The notes below the pieces were generated by a model. It was given only the letters and a program-made list of their open reading frames with translations. It did not search any database and was not told the origin of the DNA. This document shows, piece after piece, positions 1-13,159 of a stretch of DNA of 64,000 nucleotides (the first letter of the stretch is position 1; every line of letters begins with the position of its first letter). The position numbers were made by a program, and so were the translations under genes. The DNA is from Podarcis erhardii (Eukaryota): assembly GCA_964252035.1 (NCBI GenBank), contig OZ176201.1; one strand, written 5' to 3'.

Positions 1-105
1 CTGTCATCCCCTTGTCCTTGTGCCCTCCATCTTTCCCAACATCAAGGGCTTTTCCAGGGAGTCTTCTCTTCTCATGAGGTGGCCAAAGTATTGGAGCCTC
101 AGCTC
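1..105 (-). mobile_element. RTE-BovB LINE fragment (ORF C-terminal region)
   Basis: Minus strand translates to ELRLQYFGHLMRREDSLEKPLMLGKMEGTRTRG*, the BovB motif LQYFGHLMRR-DSLEKTLMLGK-EG. Confidence 0.9.
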
Positions 106-668
106 CAATTTGCTTTGGCAAATTGTGCCCTAACCCCTTTTCTGAATATGTGACTTAGTTCTATGTATAAGAGCAGGAGATGTAAGTTTCTTATAAGCTG
201 CACGGAGGAAGCAAAGCTTGGAGAGCAACCCTGCACTCCTAAAATAACAGGACTGCCACTGCAAGGAGAAAACTAGCTTTGTTTGTGAAGGCATATGCTG
301 TTCAGCAAAGGCATCTGAAAGTCCCCACAGTAAGGGCCTTTTTGTACTATCAGCACAATAAGTGACAAGCTGAATGTAGTATTGGTTAAATGAAATGAGC
401 CACTGCATTCACCTATGCTACAATTACACAAAGCAGCATGGCTTAAATAACATAACGCATGATGCATTAGTTTAGGTCAGATTAAATGAGACCTTTCATG
501 TTTTTATAATAAAGGACCTTGTTTGGTGTGTAATAGCTTTCAAGATTGAAAAAGAAAGGGAAAAAGGATACTCAGGAGCAACTTTTAATGAAACATCTTG
601 AATGAATTACAGCAAAAGATAAGTTGAGTCCTTGATAATTTAAATGTTATTTTTACCACTATTGTGAA

Positions 669-800
669 NNNNNNNNNNNNNNNNNNNNNNNNNNNNNNNN
701 NNNNNNNNNNNNNNNNNNNNNNNNNNNNNNNNNNNNNNNNNNNNNNNNNNNNNNNNNNNNNNNNNNNNNNNNNNNNNNNNNNNNNNNNNNNNNNNNNNNN
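669..800. other. Assembly gap (132 N)
   Basis: Run of n characters. Confidence 1.
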
Positions 801-1226
801 CTGTCTGAACCACCTGTAGCACAAGGCAATGGTGTTGTAAAGCTGTATTTTAAAGGCAGTCATTTTGTTGACATTAATAATACAATGCTCTTCAAATATA
901 TGTCAGAAGAGGCAGCCTCCTTACAATACTGATTTACAATATTCCATTATTAGGCTTTAAGTATGTACTAAAACACAGTCAAACGGGCTTCACTTTTCTT
1001 TCAACATCAGCTCGACTGAAGACAATTTTTTAACAGAATACACTGATCTTTAAATCACTGAGTGCTCTAGTAGATAAAGCTTGGTTATCAGCTCAAAGAT
1101 TTTTTAAAAAGACACAAACTTTACATTCTTAAAAAATTCAGTAAGAGATATACTACTGTTGTGCTTGGTAGTCTGAAACAGCATACAAAGTCATTGGCAA
1201 GGATTACAAAAATAACATGGAAGATA

Positions 1227-1371
1227 CCTGGGATAGCTCAGTTCATAGAGCATGAGACTTAATTTCAGGGCCATAGGTTTGAGCCCCACCTTGGGCAAAA
1301 GATTTCTGCATTGCTGGGGGTTGGATGAGACAGTGCTGGTGGTCCCTTCCAACTCTTACAATCTTATGATT
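1227..1371 (+). mobile_element. tRNA-Lys-derived SINE with CR1-type 3' tail
   Basis: Head tagctcagttcatagagcatgagact-taatttcagggccataggtttgagcccc resembles tRNA-Lys(CTT); tail ggtcccttccaactcttacaatcttatgatt matches the CR1 3' end seen at 16427-16500. Confidence 0.8.
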
Positions 1372-1481
1372 GTAAATCAGAAAACTTAGGAGAAAGAGAA
1401 ATATGGACTAGATTCTGATAATAACTGCAAAAGAAAGGATGGTGCCCATAGAAAGGGAATTTCTCTCTTGTCTTCCCTACC

Positions 1482-2140
1482 TTTTTAAAATATATACATA
1501 TTAAAGATTTTCTTGGTTTAGGAAAGTACATGCATTGTCTCTTTTTCAGGTTGTAAAGTCTTTTCTACAAGTCAGTTACATTTGATAGGAGACATTAGCA
1601 TTGTATACAGTATAAGGTCGGGGAAGGAGGAGAGAAAGGAGGGGTGGTGGTGAAACTTATATCCTTTTATACAGTGTACGTGTGGGGTTTTGTGTCAATG
1701 ACAGCTGGATAGGTTCACTTTCTATTCACTTGTTACATTTCCTTGGTAGTGAGAGGGATTGGGGGAGCCCAGGGTGTGGTTGGTTGTCTGCATTTATGGA
1801 GGGGGGGGGGATTGTTGGGTAAAGTAAGCCATATTGATTTGTATGTTGTCGGTGTGTTCTTGTTGTCTTGTTGAGCTGTGCATGTGCTAAAGGGGAGCCA
1901 TACTGAGGTGAAGTCATCCTCTTCTGTTTGTCCCCATCTCAGTTTCAGTCTGTTGGCTAGCTTTTCTAGTAAGGCTGTTTCCCATGTGATTTGGTACCAG
2001 TGGTCCATGTTCACTCCTAACAGGGCTTTCCAGTGGCTATGCTGCTTCTAGCTGCTGAGAGTAGGTGAGTTATGAGCACTTTATAATGTGAATGGGCATT
2101 ATTATCATTGGAAAATGTTCAGTAGGGCTGACTTCTGCTT
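1482..2140 (-). mobile_element. L1-clade LINE 3' fragment (ORF2 C-terminus + 3' UTR), frameshifted
   Basis: Pieced minus-strand frames give ALLNIF/NDNNAHSHYKVLITHLLSAARSSIA/HWKALLGVNMDHWYQITWETALLEKLANRLKL...FTSVWLPF, typical of the L1 ORF2 C-terminus; followed by a C-rich UTR and an A-rich end. Confidence 0.75.
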
Positions 2141-2338
2141 CAAAACACTGTTCCAGATGCGCCCCCTCGAGCAAGGTGCCTCTGCTCAACTCTGGACAAT
2201 TCCCCACTCCCCTAACCATCCCCATGCCCATATCATACTTCCCAGAGGAACCCCCCAATCTTCAGGAGAGAGCTTTAAAGAGGCACAGAGCCTTTCACTC
2301 CTGCTTCTCAGGATCCAGCCCTACCTAAACTGTAATGG

Positions 2339-2803
2339 TGTTGTAAGCCAAAAATGGCTTATCTTCTGAGTTTACGCCAATAAAACTCAGAGACAAGAGG
2401 AGTTAGGAGTCCATTGTTGTATACTGCTAGGCAATAGGTTACAGTCGAATTGTTTCGCAAAACTGCAACACCACCCAAGGGTCAGGGTGGTGGTAGTTAT
2501 AATATTTCAAACAAAGGATTTCAATTTTCACCAATTGTGTACATCATTACCGCATTTCATGTTTAATGCACATGCACAATAAGCATTGCTAACTAAGCTT
2601 TAATTCTCACCGTGATCTGTTACATTATGTTAGTATGCACGTTGGGAACCTGTGTTACATGTAGCCATTTGCACCATGTATCAACTTATGTTCTAATTTA
2701 TGAGATGTATCTTTGTGATTCAGATATTAGCTGTACTTCTGCCCCAATGGGGGCGGCAACTTGCAAAATCATCAGTTTCATAACGCAACAGGTTACCATA
2801 ACA
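2339..2803. mobile_element. Possible solo LTR
   Basis: TGTT...AACA termini and LTR-like composition; no target-site duplication found. Confidence 0.3.
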
Positions 2804-4294
2804 TCTCTATTAGAAGCACACTCAAGGATTTATAGGGGTTCACAATGGGACAAATAAATCCCCATTGTATCAAACACTCCCCCCACAATTAAAATAACTA
2901 GAAGTAAAGGAACTATAAAGACTTACTTAAAGAAAAAGAAAATGAAAGAATAAAGCTGGAAATTAAGGGAAAGGGTCTTGACTGTCCTTTGCAGGAAACA
3001 AAAGACCAGTATAGGCCCTCTTTAAGCTGTAGTCCTTGGTGGCAATGCACAATCATTTACTCTGACTTTCTACAGAATATCAAGGGCAATCATACACCCA
3101 GCCATGAGATAAAGCATAACTTTTATTACTGCAGACTACAAGGAGTAGATCAAAGCACCGTAGGCAAGGAACTTCAAAGACTGAACCCAAACAACAAACA
3201 CTTCAAATAATATGCAGGCCAGCAAAAATCCAGCACTGTTTGCAGAACAATTAGATGTCAGATTTACTGAATCTACAGTTACTGATGTAGTGCTTTGACC
3301 CTAAAAAAAAAAGAGCAAATCAAGGACCATCTCACTTCTTAGAATGTTAAAAGGAATAGTTCCCTTTTTATTTGTTTTTACTAAGGAAAGGAACAAGTCT
3401 CAGTTTGCATAGCATGGCTAATAGAATACTGAATTATATCAACATTTTGTATATATATTTTACATAGATATTATATATCTCATATATATCTTAAATAATA
3501 TACAAAAAATGATAAAATTCAAAATTAAAATAATTTACGGAATCTTGGCCCACTTAAATTGTAAATAAAATAATGATTCTAAACGTGTAGCAAAACGTAA
3601 AACCTGTCTAAGATAATGGCTTTCACTTTCAGAAATTTGTAAAGGTCTCATTTAGGGGGAGAAACTCTGTTTATTGCACACTAATTATATACTTGTTAAA
3701 CTTGATGGATGAGAGCACTAAATGGCCATCAAGCATCCCATGGATATTGTTGTAATACTGAGGGGGTGGCATTGGACAGAAGAAGGTTAATGGAACTGGT
3801 CTTACTAAATTGCCAAAGTTAATAGTCCTAGCAAAGTTGCTAAGTGCTTTACTTTTGTTAGTGAGATGAGGTTACCTCTCTCAGCAGCTGGCCTTCTGAA
3901 TGGCTAGAAAATACCTGTAAGGGGGATTCCTCTCCCTCTACCCTAACTGAACATGGTATGCTCCAGGCATTTGCACACAAATAGCAGCTGGACTTGAAAG
4001 TCATGGAAACAGATCTGACTTTGGGCTCTGTAAGCTAGCAATATTTTTTTAGGGGGGGTGATTTCTTCCTAGAGATCAGATGTGGGAGCCTTGGAATTTG
4101 GGGAGTAAGAACGAGTGTTGAAGGTGAACCTCCACCTCTCTTCAACATGCTTGTTTGTAAATAAACAATCACAAATATTACAAAATGGCAGCACATCTCC
4201 AGTGATCTCCTTCCAAAGAAAACCAAAGCTGGGAAAGACCTGCAACCCTTCTTGCTGCTCAGAGTGCTAGGCATGATGGCTAAATCCACACTAA

Positions 4295-4447
4295 ATGCCT
4301 ATGAATGCCAGCTGGTGGGAATAACAAAGGAGGAGGGTACTTTTGCACTGATGTCGCACTTCCTGGCTTCCCATAGGCATCTGGCTGGTCACAGAGAACA
4401 GAGTGATGGGCCTTTGGCATAACCCAGCAGAGCCCTTCTTATGTTCC
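4295..4447 (+). mobile_element. CR1 LINE 3' end (TCTTATGTTC-tail type), old
   Basis: Ends cccagcagagcccttcttatgttcc; homologous to 50588-50835 and 52585-52892. Confidence 0.7.
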
Positions 4448-4670
4448 CTGTACTGTTGCCATTGCAATGAAGGCAGCAGCTTAACTGAAGGGGGGCGGTG
4501 TATGTAGCTTTAACCCTTTGCCCCCAAGCCAGACATTCTCCCCATATGCCAGCAATTTCTATACAGAAAAAAAGCTCTCATTGAAGCAAATAAGACTTTC
4601 CCCTTGCAAAGACTGGAAGGGTAGGGTCCAGAATGGAAAAGCAATTAAAGCCCCCTAGCCTCCACACTAA

Positions 4671-5055
4671 GGGACACGAGTGGCACTGTGGTCTAAACCA
4701 CTGAGCCTCTTGGACTTGCCAATCAGGAGGTCAGCGGTTCGAATCCCCGTGACGGGGTGAGCTCCTGTTGCTCAGTCCTAGCTCCTGCCAACCTAGCAGT
4801 TTAAAAGCACACCCAAAAATGCAAGTAGATAAATAGGTACCACTCCAGCAGGAAGGTAAACAGCATTTCCATGCGCTGCTCTGGTTTCGGTATTCTATTG
4901 TGCCAGAAACAGCTTAGTCATGCTGGCCACATGACCCGCAAAAACTGTCTGTGGACAAACGCTGGCTCCCTCAGCCTGTAAAGCGAGATGAGTGCCACAA
5001 CACCAGAGTCGCCTGGGACGGGACTTAACTGTCAGGGGTCCTTTACTTTTACCTT
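4671..5055 (+). mobile_element. Sauria SINE, full length
   Basis: gggacacgagtggcactgtgg head, B-box ggttcgaatcc, (acCTTT)n tail; 14-bp TSD tagcctccacacta (4656-4669) / tagcttccacacta (5056-5069). Confidence 0.95.
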
Positions 5056-6012
5056 TAGCTTCCACACTAGGTTCCCAATCTAGATCAGGGACCCTACACT
5101 ATGAATTTTTGTGGGGGTGTTTTAAGCAGCTTGTATTTTAAAGGCACTAACACCATAGCTAGTTTGGGCCTAAGCTTCTACTAGCAACTAGTAACCTGAA
5201 CAATTCATGAATAACAAAAGAAAGAAGAAGAACGCCCTCCCTCACCCTCTCCTTCCTAAAACAGAATATGTTTTACATGTTCACATAAGCCGTCAGACCC
5301 ACTAGAGACATGACCTTCATCTCAGAATGACTGCACAGCAGACTGCCAAAAGATCTACAAAGTGCCTTGCAAAGCAAGAACTTTCAACTTTCATCCTGTT
5401 TCCCTAAGGAGAATTCTATTTTATCCAAGTTAACAAAAATGAAGTTTCACCATAAATGGTGTTTATTATCAATGAGGAGGAGAGCTTAGTGTCACCTGTA
5501 CATGGGGATTTTGAAGTCAGCAGCTGTGCCCGATGTCACATTTTACTTCTTTCGTCTCAGTGGGCAAGATGTCAGCACACACTGCTGAAAAATTAATCAC
5601 TGCAGCATTATTTGAGAAATCTAACATAATCTTAAATATTGCTGATGCTTGGGGGAAAAGATAAGTGCTGCAGTGACTTAAGTAGAATGATTAAAGCACA
5701 GCTGGTTAAATATGATGACAACCCATTCACTTACCTACCTACCTACCCATGCTTTTGAGTCTAGCATATGCACTGAATGTAAACACTTAACCCTGAGTCA
5801 CATTAGCTGTCAGGTAGATCACGGATTTAAACTTATCTTTCTTCTGCTATTCCTGACTATTTCCATCAGCTTTCCAACATTACAGAATGTGGGGTATTAA
5901 CGCACAGTCCTTCTACTTCATCCTTTCTCCTGCTTGACTTATTTTAAAAGGAAAGAACCATTCTTAAATTCTTTAGGTTGCTCAATATAAATTCTCAGAC
6001 GTTAACAATGTT

Positions 6013-6148
6013 CAGAGGGGTAGCCATATTACGACACAACAAAGGCAGCAAACACAACAAAGAGCCTTGTGACATCTTAAAGATGGACGTTTTTATTCTA
6101 GCATGAGTTTTCGTTTTGCTACCGTCTACTGCATCAGGTACACAAAGT
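6013..6148 (-). mobile_element. Penelope-like element pLTR fragment, degenerate
   Basis: cagaggggtagcc...caacaaagagccttgtgacatcttaaaga...; similar to 24559-24790 and 27339-27565. Confidence 0.65.
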
Positions 6149-6958
6149 GTTATCCCAAGCTGCAGGTACTTATATACGTGTGTGTGTGTGTGTAAACAGT
6201 AAGGTTAAAAGGAAATGAAAAACAGAAAGGCACAGATGGTGAAAATTACCTTATGAACACACATTCCCACACAAAAACTGTGTGCTGAATTGACAAGTAG
6301 TAGCATGGAGCCTCTTGATATATTGTAATTCCACTATTTCTCGTTGTACTTTCACTTTGAAATTATTTTGTTCAATGGCCACCTTAAAGATCCGTTATAG
6401 AGTGTCACAGAAGGTCTGAAATGTTTACCCACACTGGCTTTTCTATATTGCCATTTCTCATGACACATTAGTGTCCATTTTTACTTTACATATGGACAGG
6501 AACTTCAGTAATGCAATTCTCAACTGCTTACATGACTACAAATATGTGGCTTTGCCCATACAAATGCAAAATAAGTAAACATACGCAAATCTTCCAAGTG
6601 AAAAAAAAAATAACAACCTCATTTTGGAGAAAAATTAATGATTAGCAATGGAAGATATGGGATGGAATAATGGTTCAACTATGTTAAAAGAAAACCAATT
6701 TTATCCGTCCCTAGGTTGTTTTGAGACTGAACCAAATCTATTCCAGCAGGAATCCTGAAGGAACACCATGGAAACCTGCAGATATTTCCACCAGACACTG
6801 TAGATCATGGGTGGGTAGACTTCAGGTTTCTGGCATTGGCTAGAAGTTCTTGTAGCTCCTTAACTACTAACAGATTTAATATGGTATTGGCTTTTGCAAA
6901 CACATCAGTTTATACTATTTAAAAACTGTTAGGTGATACAAAAACCTTTGTTTTGATT

Positions 6959-6960
<2 letters not shown>

Positions 6961-7003
<43 letters not shown>
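6961..7003. repeat. (AC)21 microsatellite
   Basis: Direct reading. Confidence 0.98.
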
Positions 7004-7005
<2 letters not shown>

Positions 7006-8711
7006 CTCGGCCATGTTGGGGTTTTTTGTTTTTAATGAAATCCAGAAGTATTTGTTTCAAGCTTACTCTCCTTACAAATTGGGTTTATCGTTCCCACTCA
7101 TCACCCTACGTCCTGAAAGCGGGGTGTGTTGGCTGCAAGCAATTAACCTGCAGCTGGCAATCTGGGATGTTTGTTTCAGGCCTCCTTCTGGTGACTTCAA
7201 AATCTTTGCTCAAATAAAGTGAAAGGCAGGATGAGAAACAAGCAGCAAGAAGACTTTTTTTGTGTAAGGAACTTGTATTCATGGGCATGAACTTGCACTT
7301 ATCCGGAATTTATATCTTGTACAACCTTTTTTTATATATTGCAAAGCTGAAGGTGACTAAACTACCAAGGTCACTGTGAAAAGCTACTCAGCACAGAGGC
7401 TCTATTACTATGACAACCAGGGGGCACAGAAGCAATATCCCGCCTGAGCTTTATTTCTCCTGTCACTTTCATGAACATGACCTCTTTGTGCCATTGCATC
7501 ATTTTTAGTTATTAAAAGTTAAAACATAAATGGTTGTTCAGGCTCAAGCTGGTTAACCAATATAAGCCTTCCCTTTGGCACAGAGACCAGAATGTTAAAA
7601 CACTCAAAACACCAATATAGCTTTATAATAGAAATTCTAAAAAGCGGATTTAGGAATTTTAAGCAAGCCCAATCTATCAGTTATAAAATTGCGCCAACCT
7701 TCCAGGATATATTCTTTTAAAAAGGAGGGGGTCTTTAAAACTCATCAAAATAAATATATATTTTTATTATTTTTAAAATATTAAATATGGTATGGTAACT
7801 CTGAAAATAACTTTATACTGTTAGCTTGAATAAGGAACCCAGTAAACATTTGTTGAATGCAACGGTCCCTTTATGAAAGCTGTTTATGTGTACTAGCGGG
7901 TGTATCATTTGTCAGTGTTTGTAAAACAAAAAGAAAAGGAAAAGGGTTCTGACCTCCCTTTGTCTCCTCAACCTGGTCCTCAGACCCTTGTTGGCATAAA
8001 AGAGTCCACAAGAAGAGTGCTTTCTGCTTTTATTCTTAAAAGTCCTTGTGCAAAAGCGACTGACCAACTATACACACAACAACACTATCAGCTTTCACTA
8101 ACCAACCAACCCAACCAACATTTCTCACTCTCTATATACAACCCAGTGCGGGCCGCTGACTCATGCTGACCCAACTTGTTTAAGTATTAAAGAAACAGCG
8201 GCCATTTTAGCCGTGACATCATTAAGGTCTGGGTATGGTATAAGGGAAAACTCTTTGTTTCCCACAGAAAAAAGCACTGGTCCCCTCCACCCTTTCTGTC
8301 TCCTTTGGCCTGCTCTGGTGCTTCCCCCCTCCCCTATTCACTTTTTTGGGGGGAGGGGGGCATTTTCTTTAATAAACACAACTCAAACACATACCTAACT
8401 GTGGACCATTTTGGATGTTCTAAAGTAGCAGCAACAACTGAAGCAGGAATGATTCATACACCCTTCTCCTCTTGGTTCCAGGTCTTATGCACAAAGGGTA
8501 AAGGGGATAAATGTGCCATATTTATTTACTTAATGTATTTACAGGCGGTGAGCATTTCCTGTGGGAGCTCTGTTCCTAGCCCCCATGCACATCAGCATAA
8601 CGCATATACGCATGCCCTGCCCCTGTTCTGCTCTCTTCCAGGTCCAAAAATACCTGCACGCCAGCGATTGTGTGTCAATTGGATGCACCTAAAATGATTG
8701 CTGCCTGTATT

Positions 8712-8880
8712 ACATTTATAGACCACCTTTATCTTCCAAGGAACTCAGGGTGGTGTACATTGTTCTCCTCCTCCCCATTTCATCCTCACAGCAACCCTGT
8801 GAGGTAGGTTAATGGCTGAGTAGGGATTCAAATCCTGGTCTCCCAAGTCCCTAGTCTCTAGCCATTTAGCCGCATTGGTT
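8712..8880 (-). mobile_element. CORE-type (MIR-like) SINE, internally deleted
   Basis: atttcatcctcacagcaaccctgtgaggtagg (CORE) and gggattcaaatcctggtctccc (reverse-complement B-box region). Confidence 0.7.
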
Positions 8881-8998
8881 CCCAGCTAAGCTAGAGGGTT
8901 TTTGCTCCCAGCCTTTGAGACTGAGGCTTGGTGTGTTCCAAATGGTCTGACCATTCAGGTTTGGGAAAATTACGTCAGCCCTTATTATGCATATGTAT

Positions 8999-9225
8999 AA
9001 AGGTAAAGGGACCCCTGGCCGTTAGGTCCAGTCGCGGATGACTCTGGGGTTGCGGCGCTCATCTCGCTCTATAAGCCAAGGGAGCCGGCATTTGTCCGCA
9101 GACAGCTTCCGGGTTATGTGGCCAGCATGACTAAGCCACTTCTGGCAAACCAGAGCAGCACAGGGAAACGTTGTTTACCTTCCCACCAGAGCGGTACTTA
9201 TTTATCTACTTTCACTTTGACATGC
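8999..9225 (-). mobile_element. Sauria SINE, 5'-truncated
   Basis: aaggtaaagggacccctg... reverse complement of the SINE 3' two-thirds; head missing. Confidence 0.93.
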
Positions 9226-9263
9226 ATATTCACTGAATGTTTTAAAGGAGTGCAGAGGTTTGA

Positions 9264-9906
9264 AGTTGCGTTTTGTTGTTCACAAATAAAGATCCCCAAA
9301 CTGATGTGACAGCTGTAAAATGACTTCACTTTCTAAAGCAGAGGGAGGCAGAAGGAAGACTGGTATCCACTGAATGATTTGCAATAGCTCAGCAGCTTCC
9401 AATGGTTTACAAAATCGATCACATTGCCCTTCTTCCTCTTCTTCTTCTTCTTCCTGGAATAGCCGGGCTAGCTTTCTGGTGAGGTGATGGTCTTTGGAGT
9501 ATGGGTCATTAACAAAGGAAGAGTATCTGTGACGGATGTAAAATGGGTGCCCCCTCCCCAATTTGCTGGTAGTTAGAAAGACAAAGACCAAAGTTGAAAG
9601 TGGTGCTATGTGAACCAGAAGCTAGAAAGTGGCCAGCTGAGCAGCTGGGAGACAGAGTAATGCCCGATTTCTGCTGGAATCCAAGGTTGTGGCTATGGGA
9701 GAAGCAAGACCCTCTTGGGGTGTTAATGCTGTGAACCCATCCATCCATAGGCTCAGGTTGTATATATGTGTAAATAAACCATATAAATATCTATCCTAAA
9801 GACACCATAGTCTCCACTATCCCTCATTTCAAAGAAACCAAACCCTGGTTAAGAGCCTAGAACCCCTTGAATCTGGCAGCGCTCAGAGATTGAGGTGCAT
9901 GCAATA
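9264..9906 (+). mobile_element. Probable old solo LTR
   Basis: Degenerate inverted termini (aGTTGC...GCAAtA vs TGTTGC...GCAACA), tatatatgtgtaaataaa TATA/polyA-like block; no TSD recovered. Confidence 0.45.
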
Positions 9907-11981
9907 TACAAAATATAGAAACAAAGTAAAAAGCAAGTAAATTATCCATATGATGTCTAAACAAAGCAAAACAGCCAATGTGTCTATATCACAGTACCAT
10001 GGGCCTGTAAAAATATTAGGGTCAACATCAACAAAAGTTTATTTCCCAGACATCAATCAGAATAAAAATAAATAAATTACTGCAGCAGCCCATCGCCTGC
10101 CATCCAGAACTATCAAAAACCTGGAAGCAGAGGAAAGTTTTTAATATTTAACTCATTAAAAATGGGAATATTTGAGTTTTGTTCTCAATCTTATCATTCT
10201 TCTGCTACTCAGTTTCAAGGTGGATGAGGAATAAATTTGCACTCATGAATAACCTGTGAACCAGTACTTTCTGTCACTTAAAACCAAAATCAAAGAGAAT
10301 GCAGCATTTACTTTATACAGCATTCATACTTCACAGACTAGTTAAAGTTAAGCATCGCATAAGTACCTTTGGCTACAAAGAAGAATGAAATATATCTGAA
10401 AGCAGTGGTGAATACATTTCCCTCCCTTTAACTCTGCTCTGACTACACAGTCAGTGCATATTTTGGCAGCACACACAACATACACTTGAAACACACTTTG
10501 TTTCTCCCAAAGAATACTGAGAGCTAGCAGTAGCTCTGTGAGGGGCAAACTACACTATAGGATTCTTGGGGGGAAATAATGTGCTTTAAATGTATGCTGT
10601 AGACACAAAATGGTTGCATTATTTGAGTGACTGCCCAGTTACTAATAAGCTTACATGAAATAGTGAGAAGTCAAAATAAACAATTTAAATCATTTTAAAA
10701 CTACTGTGTTATTATGCTTAGATAATGCAGTAACCATAAGGAATATTATATCAGTAGTATAGTGTTACATCTTTATATTTACCTTTATCAAGCAGCTATT
10801 TTTGCACCATAACCCTGAATTGCTGAAAATGCACATTTCCCTTTATATTTCATCACTGTCTCCTTCTTTCTATGCTTTTTGACAGCTGATATTATAGGGT
10901 CTATTTTTGCCAAAGGAAGAGAGATAGGTCAACAGACAATGCCACGACTCCTCCGAGTATCAACTATTACAGCTTTACACTGAAACACTTGTCTATACCC
11001 TGTCAAGCTGGAAATGTAATCAACCCACTGCTTCAATGAGTGGGAGGGGCTTTTATTTGAGGGTGGGGAGTTAGGGTAGGTAGATATATTTCTTATACCT
11101 ATGTGCAAGGTTGAATTAGTAAGTTGTTCAAGGAGGTTGATCCATAAAAAAGAGCCAACACGATGTACAGAACTTGTTTATAATATTTTTGCATTGTTCA
11201 CTACATCTGTTAAGACTTCAGTGTGACTTCTTTTCTCTTAAACAGCTGCTATGTCTTTACTTAGAAGTTAGACTGATTGATGGTTACAAAAATGCTTCAA
11301 ATATCTGGTATTTAAGGAGTGGATCCCTGCAGAGCCACTGATATGGTTTTTCAGAGTCTAAGATATTGACCAAAGCACTAAGTCAACATGTTGATGATTA
11401 AAGGTCAGGGGCACTTCCAGACTGTCACTACATTCAGACAGGAATCAATCACATATTGGCAAATTCAGGTTGCACAATGAAACTTGATTTGGTGCTCTTC
11501 CACAACAAATCCATATCACCCCATCAGGAAGGTGACAGGACAAATGCACTGGAAAGGGTGGGGTAACACTTGCTTGACAGAATGTTATGTAACCCCACCC
11601 CAAACCCGCAAACAAATCAGAATGAAGACTTAATAAATAGTGAACATTGTCCAACATCCTCACAGATGTTGCACAAATGGAATCAGAACATATTTCAAAC
11701 AGAGTATTTGCCAAACCTAGTTCTAAGCAACACTCCTAGTTTCCACTTCAAAGCTAAACGACGCACATCAATGTTTTCAAGAGCCATCATTGAGTTTCTA
11801 TGCTAGCAAGCATAGAATGATGGTGCTAGCAAGCAACTCTTAGCTGATAGCATTTGGAGAGAGTATCATACTGCCTGGGCCTTAATCTTATGTCTTGTGC
11901 AGGTTTGGACTGCGGAAACTATGCTGTCAGAACTCTTCTGGATAAGAACTAATTTAGTACTTCATGTAAGTGGGCTGCAGT

Positions 11982-12718
11982 CAGGGTGGATAAAAATCAA
12001 TGATTTCTTTCAAAAAAAAATTAAAAATCGGATTTTCTTTATTTAAATCGTATTTTTAAAATAAAATGCTTCTGGAGGAAAAATCTTTCTAAAGATAGTT
12101 TTCTGTTTAAGTTACATTATAGTCCAAAGGCTATTCATCAGGAAATAAGAATTTGTTTTAAGTTTTTCATGTGTGCTAAAACTCAGTCTAAGGTTTTTAA
12201 AAAACAACGTTTAACCACATCAGTTAACAAACATGTATACATATGCTATAGTGTTATTGCTTTAGTTAAATAAATTGTTTAAATTGTTATTAAGGAAATG
12301 ATTATTTTTCTCCTTCCAATAAAGTACAGCAGAAACGTTGTCCAAATATAAACAGTTAACATTAAAGCTCACAATAATTTCATAATTATCCGTCTATGTA
12401 TTTCTAATAGTATAACCAAATCAGTAATTTTTGATATAACTGTAAAAACTACTCTGAAAGTTTATTATTCCAAAAATGAAACCTTCATCTGGTTTAAATA
12501 TTAAGATTATACCAGCAAGAATGAGTCTTTCTGTAAAAAATAATAATAATAATAATCATGTAAATCATTTTTTTTACAGAAAGACTCATTCTTGCTGGTA
12601 TAATCTTACTATTTAGATCCAGATGAAGATTTCATTTTTGGAGTAATAAATTTTCATAGTTTTTACAGTCTACTGACTAGTGATTTAAATCGATTTGATT
12701 TAAATCAAATCCACCCTC
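11982..12718. mobile_element. Non-autonomous hAT DNA transposon
   Basis: TIRs cagggtggat...atccaccctc, subterminal gatttaaatc repeats, 8-bp TSD gctgcagt / gttgcagt. Confidence 0.88.
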
Positions 12719-12919
12719 GTTGCAGTAAATGTGGATTATTATTTTTATAATTATTAATTAAGTTTAAATAAGAAAAATAGGAGCAACTTGTCTTGTGTGT
12801 TAGTATTCTTAAGATCACAATTTTGAGGCCTGGTGGCTTCATTTGAGACTGGAAGTAACTTATTTTCAGATCAGCCTGGACAAAAGCCAGGGAAAGGAGA
12901 AGGGAGGGGAAATAATATA

Positions 12920-13159
12920 CAGTGGTACCTCTGGATGCAAACGGGATCCGTTCCAGAGCCCCGTTCGCATCCTGAAGCAAACGCAACCCGCGTCCGCGCG
13001 TCTGCACATGCCGCAATTCGCCGCTTCCCCGCATTTTGAGCGTCTGCACATGCACAAGCGGCGAAACCCGGAAGTAACGCGCTCCATTATTTCCAGGTCG
13101 CTGCAGAGCACAACCAGAAAATACTCATTCCGAAGCTACTTCAACCCGAGGTATGACTG
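12920..13159 (+). mobile_element. Tc1/mariner (Tigger-like) MITE, family A
   Basis: TA|cagtggtacctc...gaggtatgactg|TA; homologous to 35875-36124 and 58958-59197. Confidence 0.9.
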
